Below are positions 23,921-37,019 of a stretch of DNA of 64,000 nt, piece by piece. The notes under the pieces were generated by a model, which was not told the origin of the DNA, searched no databases, and saw nothing but the letters and a program-made list of their open reading frames with translations. The stretch is from Mobula hypostoma. Taxonomy: Eukaryota. Within the stretch, counting starts at the first letter, position 1. Each line of letters opens with the position of its first letter. The stretch spans positions 110,114,001-110,178,000 of the forward strand of contig NC_086108.1 in the NCBI RefSeq assembly GCF_963921235.1, in the 5' to 3' direction. Made by a program: the position numbers and the translations under genes.

Positions 23921-25641
23921 TATTAATCTTTGCGTCATCATCGAACTTTAAAATTTGACTTTCATATCTTCTAACCTCTAATTTAAATTGTTCAGATGGG
24001 AGTTGGAGCCCCAGCAACTATTGGCATAAAAATCAACCTGCAGATACTGAAAATCTTAAATAAAAACAACAAAATGCTGAAATAGAAGACAGGGAGCAAG
24101 AGAAACCAGTTAAAGTTTCAGGTTGAAAACACTATTTGAGGACTGAGATTCCCTCCCACAGATGCTGCTCAACCTGCTCTCTGTTTCAGCATTTTACTGT
24201 TTTAATTCAAAATTTATTCAAAGTCAAAGACGTTTATTGTTATATAATAATAATAATACACCACTAACCTTAAATGAAAACTCAACCCAGAAAAGTGAAG
24301 AGATTATCACTACAGAAGAAAAGTTAACCAATGGAAGGGCATGACCCTCCATGGAAGATATCCCCATGATCTGAGCAGACTAGATGTTGTCAAGGAAGCA
24401 TCAAAGGCCTGGCTCATTCTAGAAAGAGTGGGGTTCCTTGTGGCAATGCAGGACCAGGTGACTAGATAGATCTGAGCTGCTCTGCTAATCTCAATACATA
24501 GAGAAGTAAAAAAATCACCCATTTATAAGAATTATTTTGCTAAATGCTTGTACGGTCTCTGCCCCTGCAGTCCACTCTTAAATCCCGCTAGAATCTAAAT
24601 TATATTTTTCAGTTTCTTATTTCTAGCCATGTCTTCAATGCTTGCTTATTCTTATTCCTCAATCACTGAAATTAATTCATTCATAAGTACAAAAGGTATT
24701 CCTTCTCAGCCAGCTCTCTTCCACTCTGACCTTTTGTGTGCACTCTTCATCCCATTCTTCAAGGTGGGGTCCTCAGCTAGTTCCCTACTTTCTTTGCATG
24801 TCCTTTCTGATAAACCATCTCAGTCTCCACTAACTTCTGATCTCAGCTGCAGTTGCATATCATAGCACATACAAGTTGTGCAAAGTAAAATTTATTATCA
24901 GGTACATATGTGTCAACACATACAACCTTGAGATTCTTTTTCTGCAGGCATACTTAGCAATTCTAAAGAACACTAACTTTAAACTGTAAACATCAAGAAC
25001 TGTTAACTGCAAATAAACTGTGCAAATGCAGATAAAAATAAATAGCAATAAATAGTGAGCACGAAATAACAATATTATAAAAGTCCCTAAGACCATAAGA
25101 TCATAAAATATAGGAGCAGAATTAGGCCATTCAGCCCGTCGAGTCTGTTCTGCTATTCCATCACGGCAGCTCCTGGATTCCACTCAACCCCATACAACTG
25201 CCTTCTTGCCATATCCTTTGATGCAGCCAGTCACTGCACGTTTATAGAAATTTGCCAAGGTTTTCGATGACATGCCAAATTCAGCAGACTCCTGAGAAAG
25301 GAGAGGAGCTGTCGTGCTTTCTTCGCAGTAATATTTATATGATGGGTCCAGGACAAGTCCTCTGAGATGGTGTGTGTAAAGTAGGCTCAGATTGAGTTTT
25401 ATTTTAGCACATGTACATCGCAACATACAGTGAAAGGTGTTGTTTGCACCAACAACCAACACACCTGAGTGTGCGCTTTGGGAGAACCTGCAAGTGTTGC
25501 CACACATTCCAGCGCTAATATAGCATGCCCAGCATGTTCAGCAGAACAACACGGAACACATCCAGCAACAAAACAACAACAATAAAACAAGACTCCCTTC
25601 CATCCCAAGACCCACCCATGCATATACTCAGCCCTCTAACC

Positions 25642-26045
25642 ACAGACTTGGGACCCCAACCTTCCCAGCGGACTCGCAGAGATTCACAGACTCGGGGCCC
25701 CGACTTCCCCAGCGGACTCGCAGAGATTCACAGACTTGGGACCCCGACTTCCCCAGCGGACTCGCAGAGATTCACAGACTCGGGGCCCCGACTTCCCCAG
25801 CGGACTCGCAGAGATTCGCTGACTTGGGACCCCAACTTCCCCAGCGGACTCGCAGAGATTCGCTGACTTGGGACCCCAACTTCCCCAGCGGACTCGCAGA
25901 GATTCACAGACTCGGGGCCCCGACTCCCCCCGCGGACTTGCAGAGATTTGCAGAATCGGGGCCCCGAGTTTCCCAGCAAACTCACAGTGACTTCCAGACT
26001 TGGGGCCCCAACTTCCCCTGTGCACTCAGAGAGATTTGCAGACTT
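25642..26045. repeat. Minisatellite, 44-bp unit, about 9 copies
   Basis: Unit CAGACTCGGGGCCCCGACTTCCCCAGCGGACTCGCAGAGATTCA with period 44 (25664, 25708, 25752...), degenerating towards 26045. Confidence 0.9.
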
Positions 26046-26239
26046 ATGGCCTGGGCATTGGGCCTCGACTTCCGAACTTCCAATTGACCTTCAGCCTTTG
26101 ATTTTTGGTATCGACCCAGGACTCAAAGATGATGACAAAGGAGGTCCCTGGATGAATTGATGAAACTCATTGTCTCCTTTCAATTCTAGTTTTTTGGTGG
26201 ATCTTCATGGTTTTTATAGCCGGGGTGGGGGAGGGGTTA

Positions 26240-26765
26240 TTGGGATAAGCTCCCATTACCTATTAAATGCTCCCAATGGCATGTGTTTCAAATAGTCTCT
26301 GACAACTAAGCCCAGCTCCTGACCTTTACCTTGGGCAAAATACTAAGCCTGGCGGAACTGTCTCTACTGACAGGAGAAGGGGCAAAGACAGTTTACTGGA
26401 TCCTTAAAACCAATCTCTTCAGGCAGATGGGACTCATCAGCCATGGATGGCAGCTCATCTAGGAGAAGGAAAACTGAACTCAAACTTCCGCTGCCTTGGG
26501 AAGACTTCGGGAATAAACCTGAGGAAAAATCTGGAGCTGGAGTCCCTTAGGCAGACCCGCGTTGAGTTCAACTCCTGTGGCACCACTGGGGGCAAAACTG
26601 TATTGGTCTCTGTTGTTCCTTCCTTTGGATTCATCAGCAGAGTGGAGAGGAGGCGGCTACAGGGGCAACAGCTTACCCTCCATACTGTACTGCCCTGGGC
26701 TGTGTATCATGCAGACAGCTGGGACGTAACATCTATGGTCAACTCGACCAACGAAGGCCTCAAGT
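26240..26765 (+). mobile_element. RTE-related SINE/non-autonomous retroposon; second copy at ~33468-33676 plus 34886-35210
   Basis: Two colinear dispersed copies (GGGATAAGCTCCCATTACCTATTAAATGCTCC...TCTACTGACAGGAGAAGGGGCAAAG...GGCAGCTCATCTAGGAGAAGGAAAACT). RTE affinity is an inference. Confidence 0.6.
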
Positions 26766-27462
26766 TTATTGTCGTTTGCTGAAGTACATGTATGGGCAAG
26801 TAAATTTGTAAATCCATTTATTATTATCATATGTACAGTGAAAAACTTATGTTGCATACCACTCATACACATTAGTTCATTATAACATTGTATTAAGATG
26901 GAACAAGGTAAAGCAATAACAGAATGCAGAATAAAGTGTTACAGTTACTGTGAAAGTGCAGTGCAGGCAGACAGTAAGGTGCAAGGCCGTAACAAGGTAG
27001 ATTGTGAGTTCAAGAATACATCTTATCATATCAGGGGCGATTCAATAGTTCATTAACAGTGGTTTGGAAGCTGTCCTGGAGTCTCTGGGAATGTGCTTTC
27101 AGGTGTTTGTATCTTCTGCCCGATGGGAAGGGGAAGAAAGAGTACGTCCGGAGTAGGTGGGGTTATGGCTGACTATATCGGCTCCTTATCAAGTCAGCGG
27201 AAAATGTAAACTGGAATGAAGAACTTCCTGGAAGCAGTATCTTATTCATGTAGCATCAGATAAGCAGAATCCACAAGAAAAACATCAATCAAATATAAAT
27301 TATACACAATTCTTTTACAAGAAAGAGCAATTAGGGCAAAAAACAAAGTGCATTTTAGTGCAAAGATGTCAGAGTGTTGCTGAACTGTTGTGAGCCAACT
27401 GCCTCACAAAATGGAGCAGAGTCATTGGGCTGAATAGCTTAATTCTGCTCCAATGTCTAATA

Positions 27463-29009
27463 CAGGTTTCCCCCCGCCATCAGAAGGTAGAGCGTTCCTA
27501 TGAAATGGTTCGTAAGCCGGAATGTCGTCAAGCGAAGAAGCAATTACCATTTATTTATATGGGAAAATTTTGTGAGTGTTCACAGACTCAAAAATAACCT
27601 ACCAAATCATGCCAAATAACACATAAAACGTAAAATAACAGTAACATATAGTAAAAGCAGGAATGATATGATAAATACACAGCTTATATAAAGTAGAAAT
27701 ACTTTTCCACAACCATTGCCTGAACTGTTCTCCGTAGCAAAAATCTCACGCAAGCGCCGTTGGCAAAAGCACAGCGCAAACGCTCTCCAGTAACCTTTAA
27801 GCTATGAAGCTGCCAAATCATACCAAATAACACATAAAAATACACAGCCGATATAAAGTAGAAATAATGTATGTACAGTGTAGTATCACTTACCGGGATT
27901 GGGAAAGCACGGAGCACACTGATGATGGTGTGTTAGACTGAGTCATCGGAGTTTGGGTGGTGCAGTGGCCCCCACCCTCCAGGCAGCGACCCAATACCAA
28001 CCCACGAAGCATGCAGCGGTAGCCGGGAAGCACACAGCACACCCTTAAGAAAAAAGCCGAAATAAACATTCTAATTAATTCGGTGCCGCCCAGCACGTAA
28101 TTGTCGGCCCAGATCAGTGTCGATTGCCAACTGTGTCGCCTCTTATCTGGGCCGACGGTTACGTGCCGGGCGGCACCGAATTAATTAGCATGTTTATTTC
28201 GGCTTTTTTCTTAAAGATGTGCTGTGTGTCTCCCGGCTACTGCTGCATTCTCCGCAAATCAGTATCTGTCCACGGCCTGGGTGTTGGGGAGGTAGGACAC
28301 TGGGGTGTCTGCTCATCATCGTCTGTTTCTATAAGAGCAGGCAGCTCATCTTCTCCTATGACTGCCCGCCTCGATGTCGAAGGTCGAGGTTCGTCGTCTG
28401 CTGTGGCTGATGTGGAAGGCTTGCTTGACTGCTGAGCCTCGTGCATTTTTCTATCATACGGTTCTTTGTAAGCACTCAAACCATCCTGCAAATATCCCCT
28501 AAATCGACGTACCCTTTCAAAATTAAAGTCTTACTTTATCATTACTCATTCGGTTTCGATTTTTATCCTTTCCTCTTCCAATTGCATCAGCTCTTCATCT
28601 AACAGTTCTTGGTCATGTGATGCCAAAACCACTTCAACATCATCTTCATCAGCTTCCACAATCCAAACTCACTTAGTCCTTACTTCGTTCACCACGATCA
28701 AAACGCTTAATTATGTCTAGTTTTACGCTAAGTGTAACACCCTTACAAGCTCTTTCAGGCTTTTCCGATACCATAGAACTCATCTTGCAAACGGCTGCTC
28801 ACAGGCATGTGTTTAAGCAATGCCGGCAAGATTGCAGTTCCGAATCCGGGGGAGAGAGGCTGCTCAGGGCGCGCGCTGCCTTTTATCGCGCACTGATTTT
28901 TTCGTAACAGTGAAAACACCTTCTGTTAGCGAAAACAGGGTACTAATGTAGGTCTTTCGTAACAGTGAGGTTTTCGTAAAGCGAACGTTCGAAAACCGGG
29001 GGACACCTG
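27463..29009. mobile_element. Tigger/pogo-like non-autonomous DNA transposon
   Basis: TA|CAGGTTTCCCCCCG...CCGGGGGACACCTG|TA ends; acidic C-terminal transposase-like remnant on the minus strand; internal duplication and long hairpin. Confidence 0.7.
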
Positions 29010-29125
29010 TAATCGTATTATTTGTTACTGGTATCTGAAATATACAAGACCTGAATTAAACTCTCCAATGTTATTTAATAATACTGATATTAAAGTACTG
29101 GTAGTGGAATTGGTTTATTATTGTA

Positions 29126-30297
29126 GTGTATATGGATTTTAGCAAGGGATTTGATAAGGTACCCCATGCAAGGCTTATTGAGAAAGTAAGGAGGCATGGG
29201 ATCCAACGGGACCTTGCTTTGTGGATCCAGAACTGGCTTGCCTACAGAAGGCAAAGAGTGGTTGTAGACGGGTCATATTCTGCATGGAGGCTGGTAACCA
29301 GTGGTGTGCCTCAGGGATCTGTTCTGGGACCCCTACTCTTTGTGATTTTTATAAATGACCTGGATGAGGAAGTGGAGGGATGGGTTAGTAAATTTGCTGA
29401 TGACACAAAGGTTAGGGGTGTTGTGGATAGTGTGGAGGGCTGTCAGAGTTTACAGCGGGACATTGATAGGATGCAAAACTGTGCTGAGAAGTGGCAGATG
29501 GAGTTCAACCCAAATAAGTGTGAGGTGGTTCATTCTGGTTAGGTCAAATATGATGACAGAATATAGTATTAATGGTAAGACTCTTGGCAGTGTGGAGAAT
29601 CAGAGGGATCTTGGGGTCCGAGTCCATAGGACACTCAAAGCTGCTGCGCAGGTTGACTCTGTGGTTAAGAAAGCATATGGTGCATTGGCCTTCATCAATC
29701 GTGGGATTGAGTTTAAGAGCCGAGAGATAATGTTGCAGCTATATAGGACCCTGGTCAGACACCACTTGGAGTACTGTGCTCAATTCTGGTCGCCTCACTA
29801 CAGGAAGGACGTGGAAACCATAGAAAGGGTGCAGAGGAGATTTACAAGGATGTTGCCTGGAGTGAGGAGCATGACTTATGAGAATAGGTTAAGTGAACTC
29901 GGCCTTTTCTCCTTGGAGCGATGGAGGATGAGAGGTGACCTGATAGAGGTGTACAAGATAATGAGAGGCATTAATCGTGTGGATAGTCAGAAGTTTTTCC
30001 CCAGGGCTGAAATGGCAACACAAGAAGGCACAGTTTTAAGGTGCTTGGAAGTAGGTACAGAGGAAATGTAAGTTTTTTTTATGCAGAGAGTGGTGAATGC
30101 GTGGAATTGGCTGCCGGCGGTGGTGATGGAGGTGGAAACGATAAGGTCTTTTAAGAGACTCCTGGATGGCTACATGGAGCTTAGAAAAATAGAGGGCCAT
30201 GGGTAAAACCTAGGTAATCCTAAGGTAGGGACTTGTTTAGCACAGTTTTGTGGGCCAAAGGGCCTGTATTGTGCTGTATGTTTTCTATGTTTCTATG
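29126..30297 (+). mobile_element. CR1 LINE 3' part
   Basis: YMDFSKGFDKVPH, SGVPQGSVLGPLLF, KFADDTK, LEYCAQFWSP, (TTTCTATG)n tail. Confidence 0.92.
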
Positions 30298-31118
30298 CAC
30301 CAAGATACAGTGAAAAACTTGTCTTGCATACAGTTCGTACAGATCAAATCATTACATTGTGCACTGAGGAAGAACAAGGTAAACCAATAACAGTCTTACT
30401 TGCCCATCACCCCTATTGGGGCATAGCTGTCAACAGAAGCTTGCCTTGGTCCTCTGTTATGGGCCAGTCTTTCAAGTTATTCTCCAGGTGTAGCCAATCC
30501 TAACTCTCCCAGGGATGAGGTCTTTGGAGGTTCTGCTGGCATTTCTATAGCTATGGGATTTCATGGGATGGGGTTTCAAGCCCATTGCCCAAATCTTCTC
30601 CATTCATAGCCAGACTTAACACCATCCATGGCAGATGTCCAGGGCCCAGCACATAAGTGAAAGCATGGCAGCACCTCTGGAAGATCAGGCATAACTCTGA
30701 CAAACTTCCATAGATGTGTGGTGGAGAGTATACTGATTGGTTGCATCACAGTCTGGTATGGAAACATCAATGCCCTTGAACAGAAAATCCTATAAAAAGT
30801 AGTGGATACAGCCCAGTTCACAACAGGTAAAGCCCTACCCACCATTGAGCACATCTACACAGAGCACTTTCAAAAGAAAGCAGCCTCTATCATCAGAGAC
30901 CCCCACCATCTCGGTCATGCTCTCTTATCATTGCTGCCATCAGGAAGAAGACACAGGAGTCTCAAGACACACACCATCAAGTTCAGGAACAGTTATTACC
31001 CCTCAACCATCAGGTTCCTGAACTAGAGGGGACAACTTCACTCGTCCCATCACTGATATATTCCAACAACCTATGGACTCAACTTCAAGGGCTCTTCATT
31101 TCATATTCTCGATATGTA

Positions 31119-33260
31119 TTGCTTATCGTCTCAGAGGCGGATGTTAGACTGTCTTTAAAGAGAGTGAACCCTCGCAAGGCAGAAGGTCCCTGGTCGGTCA
31201 GTCAGTCAGTCAGTGGGTGCCGTCCCGAATCCGGGGTTGGCGGCTATGCACCTCCACCTTCTTCGATCTTGCGACAGCACCGAGTACAGCCTCTCCTCCA
31301 GTTTGTTCTCACTGGCCACCTTGGCACCGCCCATCGCACTCGAGCCCGAGGCCGTGTCAGCTTCCAGCCGCAGCTGCTTCTTCAAGCTCAGCCCTTCCTT
31401 CCGTGGAGGCCTTGGGCAGGTCCAGGCACACAGTGCAGCGCCCAAGTTCATCATATCTCTTCTAACTAGGTGCATAGCATACAATTTGTAGATACGTGGT
31501 GAGGCTTTAATCTCTTCCATGGAAGATGGCCGTTGGCTCACAAGGAGCTCATCCGCCCTTTGTCAGGTCTTGTTTTGTTTTAGTCCTGCTGGGTGTCCTC
31601 ACACCCTCCTCACTAGACTAAGTCCAGTGGGGAAGCCAGCCCAAGTCGTCGACTACTCGACCATGGCACCCAGCCCCCGCCGTATCTCTCCGAGCGCCCG
31701 GCACCTGACCGAGAACCATGGTCGAGCAGCCGGCAACCAAAGCTGGTCAGGCTCTGAAAACCTGTGCCAATCAATTACTGGGAGTATTCAAAGACATTTT
31801 CAAACTCTCACTGCTACGAGCAGAAATTCCCACTTGCTTCAAAAAGGCAACAGTTATACCAGTGCCCAAGAAGAATAATGTGGGCTGCCTCAATGACTAT
31901 CGCCCGGATGCACTCACATCGACAGTGATGAAATGCTTTGGGAGGTTGGTTATGACTAGACTGAACTCCTGCCTCAGCAAGGACCTGGACCCTTTGCAAT
32001 TTGCCTGTCACAATAGGTCAACGACAGACACAATCTCAATGGCTCTCCATATGGCCTTAGACCACCTAGAGAGCCAAACACCTATGTCAGGATGCTGTTC
32101 ATCAACGATGGCTCAGCATTTAATACCATCATTCTAAAAATCTTGATTGACAAATTGCAGAACCTGGGCCTCTGTACCTCCCTCTGCAATTGGATCCTCG
32201 ACTTCCTAACCAGAAGACCACAGTCTGTGTGAATTGGTGATAACATATGCTCCTCGCTGACGATCAGCACTGGCGTACCTCAGGGGTGTGTGCTTAGCCC
32301 ACTGCTCTACTCTCTCTATACACATGACTGTGTGGCTAGGCATAGCTCAAATACCACCTATAAATTTGCTGACGATACAAACATTGTTGGTAGAATCTCA
32401 GGTGGTGACGAGAGGGCATATTCGATTGAGATATGCCAACTAGTGGAATGGTGCCACAGTCAGTAAGACAAAAGAGCTGATTGTGGACTTCAGGAAGGGT
32501 AAGACGAAGGAGCACATACCAGTCCTCGTAGAGGGATCAGAAGTGGGGAAAGTGAGCCGCTTCAAATTCCTCGGTGTCAAGATCTCTGAGGATCTAACCT
32601 GGTCCCAACATATCGATTTAGTTATAACGAAGGCAAAACAGCAGCTATACTTTGTTAGGAGTTTGAAGAGATTTCGCATGTCAACAAATACACTCAAAAA
32701 CTTCTATAGTTGTATCGTGGACAGCATTCTGACAGGCTGCATCACTGTCTGGTATGGTGGGGCTATTGCACAGGACCGAAAGAAGCTGCAGAAGGTTGTA
32801 AATCTAGCCAGCTCCATTTTGGGCACTAGCCTACAAAGTACCCAGGACATCTTTAGGGAGCAGTGTCTCAGAAAGGCAGCGTCCATTATTAAGGACCTCC
32901 AGCACCCAAGGCATGCCCTTTTCTCACTGTTACCATCAGGTAGGAGATACAGAAGCCTGAAGGCATACACTCAATGATTCAAGAACAGCTTCTTCCTTTC
33001 TGCCATTCGATTCCTAAATGGACATTGAAGCTTTGGACACTACCTCACTTTTTTTAATATACAGTATTTCTGTTTTTGCACATTCTTTTAAATCTATTCA
33101 ATATATGTAATTGATTTACTTGTTTATTTATTATGTTTTATTTTACTTATTATTATTTTTCTCTCTCTACTGGATTACGTATTTCATTGAACTGCTGCTG
33201 CTGCTACGTTAACAAATTTCACATCCTCACATACCAATGATAATAAACCTGATTCAGATT
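31119..33260 (+). mobile_element. Rex1/Babar LINE RT to 3' end, interrupted at ~31191-31742
   Basis: VSEADVRLSLKRVNPRKAEGP|ALKTCANQL..NDYRP..GVPQGCVLSPLL..KFADD..; AATAAA and tail near 33242-33260. Confidence 0.88.
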
Positions 33261-33676
33261 TTGTTGCATTTTGTACATTGGTTGTTTGACTGTCCCATTG
33301 GGTACAGTCTTTCATTGATTATTATTTCCAACGAGAAAATGAATCTCAGTGTAGTATATGGTGACATATATACACTTCGATCATAAATTTACTTTGAACT
33401 ATGAGTTAAAATGATAACATAATGCAGATTGGTTCCTTACGTTTGTCATAGCCAGGAGAGGTAGTGGGGATAAGGTTCCATTATCTATTAAATGCTCCTA
33501 ACGGTGTCCACCTCAAGTGGCCTCTGACAACTAAGTCCAACTCCTGACCTTCATGTGTGGCTTAGCTACTAAGTCCAGCAGAACCATTTCTACTGACAGG
33601 AGAAGGGGCAAAGGCAGGTTACTGGCGCCTTAAAACCAGTCGCTTTGGGCAGATGATGTTGGCCAACCATAGTGGG

Positions 33677-34885
33677 TGTTAGGGCATATTCTGGACCTAG
33701 GTTATATAACAAATATTAAGTTCAATGGCAACCATTCTTCAGATTTGAAAATGGATTGCAGATGGAACTTAAGATGCAGCCCTGAACAATAGTTTTCCTT
33801 GAGGTGTGCACTTGAGTTGATTGCAGACCAAAGAATGCTGATTAATGTTCATTCTGGGTGCCTGGAGTGTTGGTGCAAAGAAGGAGGTGGGTGTGAAAAC
33901 TATATACAGGCAGACCCCGGTTTACGAACGTCCGACTTACGGACAACTCGTACTTATGAACGGACTGCCATAAAGCCTATTATATAAAAAAATTTCAGTT
34001 AAATACAATGGTTCGTAATAACGAACGCACACACTACTTTGTGACGCTCATGAAAACATTGTGCGGCTTCAGCGGTTCGTCGGCTCGAGGAAGGAGAACG
34101 CCGTCCGCCATTTTAAGTCAGATCACGATGCCGTTAACGCTGTGTTGAGTGTGTAACTTTGTATTTGGCTTAAAATTTTCTCTTACTTACCCTTGTAACC
34201 ATGCCTCCAAAGTGTAAATCTGATGCAAGTGCTGGTGATGCATCAAAGAAAAGGAAAACTATCACGATTGAAAATAAAGTGGAAATAATAAAGCAATCGG
34301 AAAGAGGTGAAATGCCACCGGTCATGGTAAAAGCCTTAGGCTACAGTCGGTCAACAATCGGAACAATTTTAAAGGATAAAGTTATGATAGCATTTGAGGA
34401 AGAAGACTGGGACCTAAAAACTCCAGAACCGAATTAGCTGAAACCTTTCGTCTCATTGAAGCAGGGATGGCAAAGTTAGAGGAGCAAGATCCCAATACAG
34501 AGAGGTTCACCAAAGTTTACCATACAGTTACTGAGGGCCTCAGCTGCTACAAGACCATTTATGACGAGAAAAAGAAAAGCTCTGCATAGAAAGGTAAACT
34601 ATATACTAAGACAAACATTTGACTAACTGACGCTAAATAAGAACCGTATGTACCTGTTCCAACTTACCTACAAATTCGACTTAAAGACAGACTTAGGAAT
34701 GGATCTCGTTCGTAACCCAGGGACTGCCTGTAATTCAAAAGGAGCATTGTAGATACATTGTAACTATTGAACTACCCTGCTGTTACCTTTGATCTTCCTC
34801 CAAGAGTGTCTCAGTTTGTTGAATAAAACACTTCTGTATCCACTAGCTTCAATATCTCTCCAGTGAGTTTGTTCACATTACAACA
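33677..34885 (+). mobile_element. Solo LTR interrupted by a Tigger element
   Basis: TGTT...AACA termini, 5-bp flank GTGGG/GTTGG, AATAAA near 34822; splits an RTE-related SINE. Confidence 0.65.
33908..34730 (+). mobile_element. Tigger (pogo) deletion derivative
   Basis: TA|CAGGCAGACCCCGGTTTACGAAC...GTTCGTAACCCAGGGACTGCCTG|TA; CENP-B-like N-terminal HTH MPPKCKSDASAGDASKKRKTITIENKVEII..STIGTILKDK. Confidence 0.88.
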
Positions 34886-35324
34886 GTTGGCAGCTCATCT
34901 AGCAGAAGGAAAACTCTGATCTCAAACCTCCATTGCATTGTGGCTATACCACTCATGGGAAAGGCTTTGGGAGTAAACCCTGAGGTAAAATATGGAGCTG
35001 GAGTCCCTAAGACAGTCCTACATTGAGTTCAACGTTGACTGGAGACCCCACGACACTGCTGGTGCCAAGGTATACTGGTCTCTGATGTTCCTTTGCATTC
35101 ATCAGCTGCGGGGAGAATGGGAGCCCGCTACATGGGCAACAACTTGCTCTCCATATCGTACTGCCCTGGTTTGCGTATCACATAGACAGCTGGCAAGCAA
35201 TATCCATAGTCAATGATGCAGAATAAAGTGTAAAAACTACAGAGAAAATGCAGTGCAGGTAAACAATAAAGTGCAATATCATAGTGAGGTTGCTTGTGAG
35301 ATCAAGAATCTATTTTGTCATACA

Positions 35325-36910
35325 TTTTCGCTCCATTCACAAAAAGTGGAACTTCCCAGTGGCCAAACATATTAATTCCTATTCCCATTCTATTTCCAAC
35401 ATGTTGGTCCACAACCTCCTCGTGCCAAGATGAGACTGCCCTCAGAACTGGGTAGCCTCCAACCTGATGGCATGAATGTAGATTTCTCCTCCCAGTAAAA
35501 AAAATTACCCTCCCCCTCCCATCTTCTATTCCCCACTCTAGCCTTTTACCTCTTCTCACCTGCCTATCACCTCCCCCTGTATGCCCTCCACCTTACCTTT
35601 CTCCTTTGTCCACTCTCCTCTCCTATCAGATTCCTTCCTCTCCAGCTCTTCATTTTTCCCAGCTACTGGCTTCACCTCTCACCTTCCGGCTACCCTCCTT
35701 CACCTCCCCCCACCTTTTTAATCCAGCATCTTCCCCCTTCCTTTCCAGTCCTGAAGAAGGGTCTCGGCCTGAAACATCGACTGCTTATTTATCTGTACAG
35801 AGGCTGCCTGAACTGCTGAGTTCCTCCAGCAACATCAAACAAGAGAAAATCTGCTGATGCTGAAAATCTGAGCAACACACAAAATGCTGGAAGAACTCAG
35901 CAGGTCAGACAGCAACTATGGAAAAGAGTACAGTCGATGTTTCGGGCTGAAGCCCTTTGGCAGGAATGAAGAAAAGTAGCTAAGGAGTAGATTTAAAAGG
36001 TGGGGGGAGGGGAGAGAGAAATCTGGAGGGGAAGGGATGAAGTACAGAGCTGGGATGTAAAGTGTTGAAAGAGACAGAAGGCCATGGAAGAAATAAAAGT
36101 GGGGAGGAGCATCAGAGGGAGGCCATGGGCAGGCAAGATAAGGTGAGAGAGGGAAATGGGGATGGGAAATGGTGGAGATGGTGGGGGGGGAGGTGGAAGC
36201 TTTACCAAAAGTTCAAGAAATCAATGTTCATGCCATCAGGTTGGAGGCTACCTGAATGGAATACAAGGTGTTGTTCCTCCAACATAAGTGTGGCCCCATC
36301 ACAGCAGTAGAGGAGGCTATGGGTAAGCATATCAGAATGGGAATGGGAAGTCGAATTAAAATAGGTGGCCATTGGGAGATCCCATTTTTTCTGGTGCTCA
36401 GTAAAGTGGTCTCACAATCAATGTCAGGTCTCATGAATATACAGGAGGCCACACCGGGAGCACCACAGTGTATGACCCCAACAGATTCACAGGTTAAGTC
36501 TCACCTCACCTGGAAGGACTGTTTAGGGCCCTGGATGGTATTGAGGGAGGAGGTATAAGGTCAAGTGTAGCACTTGTTCCACGAGGGAGATCACTGGGGA
36601 GGGACAAATGGACAAGGAAGTCGCATATGGAGCAATCCCTGCAGAAAGCAGGATGTGGTGGGGGATGCAGGGAAAGATGTGTTTGGTGGTGGGATACCAT
36701 TGGAGATGGTGGAAGTTTCAGAGAATTATGTGCTGGACGTGGAGGCTGGTGGGGTGTTAGGTGAGGACAAGAGGAACCCTATCCTTGGTAGGGTGGCAGG
36801 AGGATGGAGTAAGAGCAGACATGTGTGAAATGGAAGAGATGCAGTTGAAGGCAGCGTTGATGGTGAAGGAAGGGAACCCCCTTTCTTTGAAAAGGAGGCT
36901 TTGTTCCTCC
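35325..36910. mobile_element. Two Penelope-like element 3' fragments in inverted orientation (+ 35325-35830; - 35835-36910)
   Basis: GIY-YIG C-terminal remnants (PVAKH.NS; LGSLQPDGMN), pyrimidine-rich 3' region, hammerhead-like motif in each. Confidence 0.75.
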
Positions 36911-37019
36911 AGCATTTCATGTATGTTGAATTGGTAAACTGGTTTATTAATGCCACAGTTATTAAGGTACAGTGAGAAAATTTGATTTGCATACCATGCA
37001 TACAGATCATTTCAGCTAA

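Noticed and set aside
25642..26045. Regular repeats resembling a CRISPR array or a repeat-protein ORF
   Set aside because: Units are contiguous with no unique spacers, no cas genes, eukaryotic context; the ORFs are by-products of the repeat.
34201..34437. Domesticated CENP-B/TIGD-like gene
   Set aside because: Only the N-terminal HTH remains, inside TIRs with TA flanks; the DDE domain is deleted.
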